Source of the DNA: Eledone cirrhosa
Taxonomy: Eukaryota
Assembly: GCA_964016885.1 (NCBI GenBank)
Contig: OZ024758.1
Location: 12,958,001-13,022,000 of the forward strand
DNA: 64,000 nt
Direction: 5' to 3'
The position numbers and the translations under genes are program-made. Shown here piece by piece: positions 53,704 through 64,000 of the stretch. Position 1 is the first letter of the stretch. Every line of letters starts with the position of its first letter. The notes under the pieces were generated by a model that worked only from the letters and a program-made list of their open reading frames with translations, ran no database searches and was not told the origin of the DNA.

Positions 53704-53735
<32 letters not shown>

Positions 53736-53911
53736 ATCACGAAGGCAGACAAACCGATACAATAAATATATAAATATGCATGTGTATAGCGTTTACACAC
53801 ACAGCCATTCATACATACATATATACATACATACATACATACACACATACATATATATGTGGGTATGTACGTATGCATGTATGTGGGTATGAAAGTATGC
53901 ATGTACGTATG

Positions 53912-53978
<67 letters not shown>

Positions 53979-54114
53979 ATGTATGTATGTATGTATGTAT
54001 GTATGTATGTATATATACATACATACATACATATATATATATGCATACATATAGGTATGCATATATGTACATATATAAATATACATATATATATGTATAA
54101 ATCTGTATTTATAT

Positions 54115-54156
<42 letters not shown>

Positions 54157-54501
54157 TGGGTATGTATGTATAAATATATATATATATATATGTATGTATA
54201 AGTGTGTATTAATTTGCCTGTATGTTGGTGTGTAGTGAGGACTATCTAGCTGATACATGTTGCTGTAAGATTAAACGGCTAAAGTTCAATTGTCGATATT
54301 GTTGTACATCTCGTGAAATTCTAATTGTGGTTTGATTAAACTTCCGAATGAATAATAACACAAAATATTTACACACACACACACACACTACACACATGCA
54401 TTATATATATACATTATGTATATACATATATAACATATATACACACACAACACACACATACATACATATATACATATTTATACACAAACACACATACACA
54501 C

Positions 54502-54554
<53 letters not shown>

Positions 54555-54612
54555 ACACACATTCACACACGCGCGTACAAACTTACACACATGCACACAA
54601 CCACACACACAC

Positions 54613-54650
<38 letters not shown>

Positions 54651-54660
54651 CGAGAGAGGC

Positions 54661-54747
<87 letters not shown>

Positions 54748-55366
54748 AGTGAGAGAGGGAGAGAGAAAATTCTAGACTAAAACGAAATTATGTTGAATTC
54801 ACCATCTACTTCAACTAATGTATGAGATGAGATCAAAATATTTCAGGCTTTTGTTTAAAAGATGCCGGTTTAATTCAGATTATAAAGATTTAGGATGAAT
54901 TTATTTTTTATTTGGGCTAAAAATCTCTCCTTCCAGGGTAAAATCTGGAAGATTTGATAAAAAAGATTGCATTAGAAATCACTAAATTGGGAAAATAGTT
55001 ATCAGCTAATATACAATAAGGTTTTGCGTAATTTAATGTAAGCGGGTGGCTCTTACCGTTGGTTCTACGCACAATGATGCTTGTGTGTCGCTAGCTTAGA
55101 ACAACTCTGGCCTCATCGAGCAAGAGCAAGAAAAAGAAGAAGGTCCTTATTTAAGTATTGTATGAGGGGTTGGTTAGAAGCTGATAACAGTTGTGAAGCT
55201 GTGTTTTCAACAGAAATAGTAACAAGGGGAGCTCTCATATTTTTAACATCATGTTTTGTCATCATCTTTATCTTCCGCGTCATCGTTGTCATCTTTGTCA
55301 TCGTTGTCATCCTCATTACTCATCACTATCGCCATCGTCATCTTCATCATCGCCAGCAGTAGTAGT

Positions 55367-55398
<32 letters not shown>

Positions 55399-55818
55399 TA
55401 GACGTGATGTCAGCATTAGTAACAGCATCATTATTCAACTTCCCTTTCATCATCATCATCATCACTATCAACATCACCATCATCATCACCATCATCACCA
55501 TCACCATCATCGCCATAAGCACCATCAGCTTTCATCATTTATCAATGCCAATAATATCATCACACTGCCACAACTCATCCACCACTTTCAATGTTATCGT
55601 TTCCAACATCAAAACTTCCACCATCACCACCACACCACAACCACCACCACCATCCACCACCACAGCCGCAACCATCACCAGCACAACCACCACCACTACC
55701 ACCAACTGAATTCCAACTTGTGAAACTAGCCATATGAGTGGCTGAGTATTCCACAGACACATGCTTCCTGAACGCAATTCTCAAGACGAATCATACGACA
55801 AAATCTGACATGGCTTCA

Positions 55819-55854
<36 letters not shown>

Positions 55855-55897
55855 TATTTATATATATATATAGTATATATATATATATATAATATAT

Positions 55898-55979
<82 letters not shown>

Positions 55980-56048
55980 AGAGGGCGGGGGATGGAGAGA
56001 GAGAGAAGGAGAGAGGGAGGGAGGGGGAGAGAGGAAAGAGAGTATACA

Positions 56049-56183
56049 AACAAAATTTAATATAGAAATGGCTTCTACAGGACTAGAACTGTTTCATTCA
56101 AAGGAAATCATCAGGAAACCCTAATGACGTCCTTCGAATGAAACAGTTCTAGTCATGTAGAAGATATTTCTATATTAAATTTG

Positions 56184-56185
<2 letters not shown>
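56049..56185. mobile_element. Palindromic insert made of two back-to-back hammerhead-bearing arms
   Basis: Minus strand 56070-56120 reads GGUUUC-CUGAUGA-UUUCCUUUGAAU-GAAAC-AG(UUCUAGUC)CU-GUA/GAAGCC. The plus arm has CUAAUGA...GAAACAGUUCUAGUCAUGUA. Relatives are at ~40006-40050 and ~59331-59380. Confidence 0.7.
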
Positions 56186-56224
<39 letters not shown>

Positions 56225-56833
56225 GGGGGGGTATGTGTGTGTGCGTTGTGTGTGTGTGTGTGTGTGTATGCCTCCATACACATATATACATATAGTCAGG
56301 CGCATGTGATAGGCTTTCAAAACTTTCATGTACGTGTGGAAAGATAAATATTGTAAGTGGAAGATGTATTATGTTCTAAAAATGATGAGAAAATAAGCGA
56401 TGTTTCATAAACCAAATTGATGGACCTGGGAACGAAGGATGAGAGGAACTGAGATGAGAGGGCGACGAGAGCGAGGTAGAGGAGGAAGTGAGATAGAGAT
56501 AGATAGAGGGAGAGATGTGGGAGGAGAGAGTGAGAGGGGGGAGAGGGGATGTGGTAGGAGGGAGTGAGAGGGGGAGGAAAGAGAGGGGGGTGGATGTTGG
56601 AGGAGGGATAGATTGGAAAATAAGAGACAGTGAGAAAAGCGAGAGATACAAAGCGAGAGTGAGATAAAAATCTAGGATCGTTGAAACAAAATGAAAAGTC
56701 ATGGCAATCTTTTCCTTTTTCCTTTCTTTCTTTTACAGATAATGGTAACAATAACAATAACAATAACAATTATTATTGTTGTTGTTATTATTGTTGTTGT
56801 TGTTATTACCGTTGTTATTATTGGTATATAACA

Positions 56834-56868
<35 letters not shown>

Positions 56869-56965
56869 TCAATATGAATAATAATACTATGAAAAATGGT
56901 ATCCAAACGACTGAAAAGCTATCAACAATAGAAATAACAACAACAACAACAATAACAACAACAAT

Positions 56966-57035
<70 letters not shown>

Positions 57036-57159
57036 GAAATAACTGCACATCAATAAAAATTATAACTGTGACAGAAAACATTGTTTTATCAAATATATTT
57101 TATCAAATATAATTTTTCATTTGGTAGCGTTTGTAGCTGCGGAGGTTATATTGGTGTGG

Positions 57160-57548
57160 ATGATGGTGGTGGTGGTGGTGGTGGTGGCGGTGGTGGTGGC
57201 GGTGGCGGTGGTGGTGGTGGTGATGTGGTTTGTGGTGGTGGTGGCGGTGGCGGTGGTGGTGGTGGTGGTGGAGGTGGTGGTGTGGTTTGTGATTGTGGTG
57301 GTGGTGGTGGTAATGTGGTTTGTGGTGATGATGGTAATGTGGTTTGTGGTAGTGGTGGTGGTGGTGGTGATGATATTTTTGATGGTGGAGATGGTGGTGG
57401 TGATGCTGATGATGGTGATGGTAATGATAGTGATGTTGATGGTGGTGTTGGGAGTGATGAGAATGAGGATGGAGATTTTCGTATGATGATGATGATGGTG
57501 ATAGAGAGGTTTAATGTTGCTGCTACTACTGACGATAATAGTGATGAA

Positions 57549-57623
<75 letters not shown>

Positions 57624-57635
57624 GATGATGGTAAT
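57160..57635. repeat. (GGT)n / (GAT)n low-complexity tract
   Basis: Triplet repeats. Confidence 0.9.
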
Positions 57636-57766
57636 GGTCTTAGGGGCGGTAGGAGCCATTTCTTTATCAAACTTGATGTTTACACTCTACTAATGTATTG
57701 AGTACATACAAGTAACTGTGGTTACGCTCGTTTGAACCCGTGACACTCATATATGTATATATTTAC

Positions 57767-57816
<50 letters not shown>

Positions 57817-58039
57817 CTTCAAAATATTAATAAATATAGACATTCATGTGATCAAATATATTTTATTATACATATTTCAGAGGTACTGAGCTATTTCATC
57901 AGTACGTCCTCATCAGATAAAATAAATTGATGTCTGACATACCTCAACTGTGCTGAGGGTTCAATTCCAGTCTTGGCAGTACCTCTGAAATATGTATAAT
58001 AATGAAGGAGTAACAATTCGTCCTTGTTTTATTTCATTT

Positions 58040-58107
<68 letters not shown>

Positions 58108-58110
58108 TAT

Positions 58111-58301
58111 AACAAAGGAATTGTGGTAAGGAACCAGATGGACCATAACGCACCAGAGTACTCAATACTTAGGGTAGTAGAGTGGGAAATAGGAGAAAGT
58201 ATGACCCCGATGGCAGAGCTCAAGCCGTTTCGACGGCTATTTCTGGACTCAGAAAAAGCCGTCGAAACGGCTTGAGCTCTGCCGTCGGTGTCTTACTTTC
58301 T

Positions 58302-58304
<3 letters not shown>
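58111..58304 (-). mobile_element. Fold-back family P copy 5
   Basis: ggcagagctcaagccgtttcgacggct/agccgtcgaaacggcttgagctctgcc palindrome plus the shared tail, with (TA)n flanks. Confidence 0.8.
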
Positions 58305-58383
<79 letters not shown>

Positions 58384-58687
58384 CACATGTATGTGTATAT
58401 GTTAGTCTGTGATAGAGTTAGACAGGGATTCCCCTCAGTTTCCAAATCTATCATTCCTATCACATACTCATCTCTTCAGTCAACATTTCCTCCTCTTCTT
58501 AACTCCAATTCTTTCTCTACCATTTCTCTTCCTCTGCAATTTCTTTCTTTCTTTCTTTCATTCACCCCCACCCTCTATCCCGTGACCATCTCTCTGTCTA
58601 TCTGACTATAGATCTCCCCTCTCTCTCTATCTATCTTTCACTGTCTCCCTCATTCATTTCCATCAGTGTATCTATGCCTCTCTCTCC

Positions 58688-58759
<72 letters not shown>

Positions 58760-58980
58760 ACTCTCGCTCTCTCTCTCTCTCTCTCTCTCTATCTGTCTAT
58801 CTATGTCTGTCTGTCTATCTACCTAATATGTTTCGTTTCTACTATAATTCTTCATGTCTTGACATAAGAGCTTTCATCATCCATTCCTACATTTCCTTAT
58901 TTGTCAAGATTTGTCCGATGTCTATCTATCTATCTGTCAGTCTACCTTTCTATCTATCTATCAATCAATCTCTCTATCTC

Positions 58981-59060
<80 letters not shown>

Positions 59061-59093
59061 GTTCTTTGGTTGTCTCTATCTATATTTTTTTTG

Positions 59094-59134
<41 letters not shown>

Positions 59135-59404
59135 CTGTCTATAGTTATTTTCCTATCTATTTCTCTGCTTATAACTGTAGTTACACACCCAACTTATATA
59201 TATATATATATGTGTGAGTGCGAGAGAGAGAGAGAGAGGGAGAGAGAGAGAGAGAGAGAGACTCGGGTTCAATCAGGGTTAACCTCAGTAGGTAAGGTAC
59301 TCAGTACATTAGTAGAGTGTAAACATCAAGTTTAATATGGAAATGGCTTCTACAGGACTAAAACTGTTTCATTCAAAAGAAACCGTTACTATATTAAACT
59401 TGAG

Positions 59405-59440
<36 letters not shown>

Positions 59441-59558
59441 ATACATACATATATTTGTATATACATGCATACATATACATATAGATATACACACAGACAT
59501 ATATATATATATATGTGTGTAACATTCTTTCCTTATTTTTAATTTATATTCCTTTGAA

Positions 59559-59676
59559 GTTCCGATGAGCCGCTCTATCTTTAACTATGTTAATTATTTT
59601 CAACTGAACAAGATCAATAATGATATATAGTCATTTGATCCAGAAATATTATATGGAGTAGCGAAACAATTGTAAA
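59559..59676 (+). ncRNA. Hammerhead-like motif with CCGAUGA core and very long stem II loop
   Basis: GUU-CCGAUGA-GCCGCUCUAU...AUGGAGUAGC-GAAAC-AAUU-GUA/AAC, with palindromic stem III ACAAUUGU. Confidence 0.5.
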
Positions 59677-59802
59677 CGGACATTATTTTAATTAATATTA
59701 TTATTATTATTCTCTACATTCCTTACATCAAAATAAAATATGTTGACAATCTTTGAATAATGTCTTCCTTGTGAAATTTGTGGTCTCATTTTGCTTAACT
59801 AA

Positions 59803-59863
<61 letters not shown>

Positions 59864-59893
59864 ATATATATTTGATATATCTCATATGAAATG

Positions 59894-59966
59894 ATACAGC
59901 CAATTTTATATAACCAATATATATATATAACCCATGCTAGCGTGGAAAATGAACGTTAAACGAAGA

Positions 59967-60017
<51 letters not shown>

Positions 60018-60030
60018 CATATTTATATAG

Positions 60031-60116
<86 letters not shown>

Positions 60117-60210
60117 TCATCATCATCATCATCTTCGTTTAACGTCCATTTTCCACGCTAGTATGGGTTATATATATATAGATATATATACATATCCCAT
60201 TGGCTGTATG
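59894..60210. repeat. Inverted pair of LINE/SINE 3' tails around a (TA)n centre
   Basis: aacccatgctagcgtggaaaatgaacgttaaacgaagatgat is mirrored by atcatcttcgtttaacgtccattttccacgctagtatgggtt. Outer arms are atacagccaat/attggctgtat. Confidence 0.75.
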
Positions 60211-60424
60211 TCCAAGAGTGGTAGTCAAATCTTATCATTACAATCCCCCATTGACATCTCGCATATTTATTTTATTTATTCGTATTTTCGTATATTTTTT
60301 ATATTATTTTGTTACGTTTTAACATGGATATTTTACACAACATGGCGCTGTCATTGTTTTATCACTATTGCTGGTCAACACCCTCTCTCTCTCTTTTTCT
60401 CTCACAGACACGCACACATACACG

Positions 60425-60460
<36 letters not shown>

Positions 60461-61041
60461 TACATACACACATGCACACACTCTCTGTGTCTGTCTCTCA
60501 CACACACACATACATGCACACACACACACACACACACACTCTCTCTCTCACAGACACACATGCACACACTCTTTGTCTCTCCGCCTCTCTCTCTCTCTCC
60601 CTCTCTCTCTCCCTCTCTCTCTCCCTCTCTCTTTCACTTTGTATCCTTCTTCTTCTTCTTCTTCTTCTTCTTCTTCTTCTTCTTCTTCTTCTTCTTCCTT
60701 TTCCAGCCTCCTCTTCTCACATATTTTCTATTCTCTTTCTTCCTCTTCTCTTTCTACACCTCCTTCTTTCCCTTTCATCTTTTCGCTAGCTTTCATTACT
60801 GCATCACCATCACCCACCCTCCCTCTCCCCTTTCCACACCCCTCTGCCCTCCCTCTCTCCTACCTCTCCCCTCCCTCCTCTCTATTCCCGCATGTTCTCG
60901 TCTCCTGCCATCACAGATGGCATTTGATGTCTTTTGACGCTGAACAGAAAACAGAAATCCTAAACTATGGACTTCTGGACTTCAGGATTTCTCAAACCAG
61001 ACATCTTTCAATTGTACCGACTCACACTTTCACGTCAAATA

Positions 61042-61073
<32 letters not shown>

Positions 61074-61079
<6 letters not shown>

Positions 61080-61703
61080 TTGCCTTTCATCCTTACGGGG
61101 TCGATAAAATAAAGTACCAGTAATACACTGGGTAATTGCTGGCCTTGTGCCTAACCTAGAAACAATTATTATTATTATTATTATTTGGCTGTGGATTGGC
61201 AGTATCGGTAGAGGGTCGGACGTCATGCTTTGACGCATAGAGTTACGGCCCTTTCCATTCTGAGTTCAAATCCCGCCGAGGTTAACTTTGCCTTTCATCC
61301 TTACGGGGTCTATAAGATAATGTACCAGTAATGTACTGGGATAATTGCTGGCCTTGTGCCAAAAGTAGAAACAATTATTATTTGGCTGATCGGTAGAGCG
61401 TCACACGCCATACTTTGCAGCAAAGAGTTACGGCCCCTTATGATCTGAGTTCAAATTCCGCCGAGATTAACTTTGTCTTTCGTCCTTACAGGGTCGATAA
61501 AATAAAGTACCAGTAATGTACTGGGGTAATTGCTGGCCTTGTGCCAAAAGTAGAAACAATTATTATTATTAGATTGGCAGTATCGGTAGTGGGTCGGACG
61601 CCATGCTTTGCAAGCATAGAGTTATGGCCCTTTATAGTCTGAGTTCAAATCCCGCCGAGGTTAACTTGATCTTTCATCCAGTCTATAAAAAAAAGTACCA
61701 GTC
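61074..61703 (+). mobile_element. Head-to-tail array of four tRNA-derived SINE copies
   Basis: Units at ~61074-61170 (partial), 61193-61380, 61383-61563 and 61572-61703, separated by (TTA)n. Confidence 0.9.
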
Positions 61704-62056
61704 TAATAATGAGGTCTAGATCACTTTCTCATCTCCATCCTCTTACTCACTCTCTATCTTTCTCTGGAAGAAATCTACTATATTCAGACCTGGAGAGAGG
61801 AGATAGGTTCTTCCGAGCTTTAAAAATGTTCAAGAAACATCAGATGCCAATATGGCGCCCCTAAAACTCCTTCAGGGGTTACGGGACTTTACACTGCATA
61901 CGAAGAAGCACAGACGTAAATATTGTCTGTTTGTGTCAGTGTCTGTTTGTGTCAATGCCTGTGTGTGGGGGAAAAAATGATAATGGTCTTTTGAAAAAAG
62001 CATCCATATGTGTGTATATGTGTTTGTGTGCATGTGTGTGTGTTTATATATGTGTG

Positions 62057-62087
<31 letters not shown>

Positions 62088-63351
62088 TTACCTACTTATC
62101 TCTTTATATATCAAAGTGTTTATTTATGTGTTTAACTGTTTAGCTATCTGCCGATATGTCTGTCCCGCTAACCATCTATATATTAACTTATCTACTTATT
62201 TGCTTATCTATCTGCCTATAAATGTATCTACGCTAGGTCTCTAGTAATCTATCTATCTGTCTATCTATCACTATCTATCTATCTATCTAGGTAGGTAGCT
62301 GTCTATCTGCCTATCTATTTATCAATATATATCTGTCTGTCTAGTTATTTATCTATCTGTCTATTTATCAAGCTAGCTAGCTTGCTGTCTCTCTGTCTAT
62401 CAATCTATCTATTTATCAATCCATCTATCTATTTATCAATTTATCTATCTATTTACCAATCTATCTATCCATTTATCAATCTATCTATCCATTTATCAAT
62501 CTATCTATTTATCTGATCTATATTTGGTCAACTTATTTGGTTATGGACTGGCTTTCAGCCAAGTAGAGGCAATTTATCAATTTGTGAATCAATAAGATAC
62601 ACCAGGGAGTTAGTGTATAAAGTAGGTGGTCGACCGTTCAACGATCTGCTAAAACAGCATCGATTAATTTTATAGCTTGACTGGTCTTCCGTACATACGT
62701 TGGAGTTAGTCAGGGGAAGCTAACCACTAAAAGGAAAATACAGAGCAACATCGCTGTTAAATGCTTACTGAAGCCAGGTTTCGCTTGGTTGGCAAATGAC
62801 AAACGGACGTATCAAATCAGGGGAGAAGGGAAAAAAAATAGGGGAAAGGAGAGGCGAGCGAGAATACCAACCAACAGGGAAATAAAGAGCTTGAATAAGC
62901 AGAATATCATGTTTAAACGAAGAAGGTGAAAGTAGTTTTTAACTAGACTTATTGACCAGCGGCCGATTACCCAAGGGAGCAACACACTGCATAGTAATCA
63001 ACAATTACTACGATTGGGTGCTTCCATAATTGGTTGAAAATGACAGTACAACAAACGTTTGTTACTTATTTGCTATGATGGCGGACAAACAACTTATTAG
63101 GAAACACTTAGCGGACATAATGATCCGAAACGAGGCTGTGACATCATCAAAGCATCCTGCCACAACTAGTGACCATCATGGCGTTACAGTTTAATGTTCT
63201 GTAATCACATCAGGGCGTCAAATCGTTGCTGTCCTTTTACACTTATCTTAGCTTTCATTATATATTTATAGTTATATTTATATTTTTTGTTTATATATTA
63301 TTACTATTATTGTTGTTATTGTTATTATTAAAGAAAGCATTCATTATTAGT

Positions 63352-63411
<60 letters not shown>

Positions 63412-63479
63412 ATTATTGCTTTCGTTTTGTTTGTAGTGAGGGGGTGGCGGGTGGAGATGGGGCGAAGTATTTGTATATA

Positions 63480-63525
63480 TTGCTGCTGTTGTTGTTGTTG
63501 ATGATGTTCTCATTGCGGCTGTTAG

Positions 63526-63556
<31 letters not shown>

Positions 63557-63912
63557 GATGTTCCCGTTGCTGCTGCGGTTGTTGTTGTTGATGGTGTTGT
63601 TGTTGTTGTTGTTGGTATTGTTGTTGTTGTTGTTGTTCTCGTTGTTGCTGCGGTTGTTGTTGTTGTTGTTGTTGTTGTTCCCGTTGCTGCTGCGGTTGTT
63701 GTTGTTGTTGTTGTTGTTGCCGTTGCTGCTGCGGTTGTTGTTGTTGTTGTTGTTGTTGTTGCTGCTGCTGTGGTTGTTGTTGTTGTTGTTGTTGTTCCCG
63801 TTGCTGCTGCGGTTGTTGCTGCTGCGGTTGTTCTTGTTGTTGTTCTCGTTGCTGCTGCGGTTGTTGTTGTTGTTGTTGTTGTTCTCGTTGCTGCTGCGGT
63901 TGTTGTTGTTGT
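63480..63912. repeat. (GTT)n compound minisatellite
   Basis: Recurrent cccgttgctgctgcggtt spacer between GTT runs. Confidence 0.9.
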
Positions 63913-64000
63913 TAGAGAGACAGGAGTCGTGTCTATTCAGTGAAGTATAAATTCCAAATGAATTTGAGTGAACTGGGTATAACAGAGTTGCTGTGGGGGA

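Noticed and set aside
57884-57916. Minus-strand ctgatgaggacgtactgatgaaatagc hammerhead-like core
   Set aside because: Stem II does not pair convincingly, so it is kept only as part of an inverted-arm insert.

Overview
AT-rich, microsatellite-saturated eukaryotic genomic DNA. The SINE and LINE-tail repertoire suggests an octopod cephalopod (inference). No host protein-coding exon is confidently visible, and nearly all ORF-track entries are microsatellite artefacts. The main feature is an intact 5.7-kb Tx1-like (L1 group) non-LTR retrotransposon on the minus strand (~42868-48580; ORF1 with CCHC knuckle, ORF2 with APE-RT-CCHC). It heads a head-to-tail stack of five Tx1 insertions from three subfamilies inside one (GATA)n tract. 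Two more copies elsewhere also sit in (GATA)n in the same strand polarity, so this looks like a (TATC)n-targeting family. The window also holds an R4/Dong-like RLE element in (TAA)n and many short (TA)n-embedded inserts carrying hammerhead-ribozyme motifs and fold-back structure (probable Penelope-like pLTR remnants). Other repeats include tRNA-derived SINEs, RTE-type LINE 3' ends (two of which spawned minisatellites) and several tandem arrays. A possible non-coding first exon or promoter lies near 29.6-29.95 kb. Boundaries were read by eye and are approximate to a few bases.
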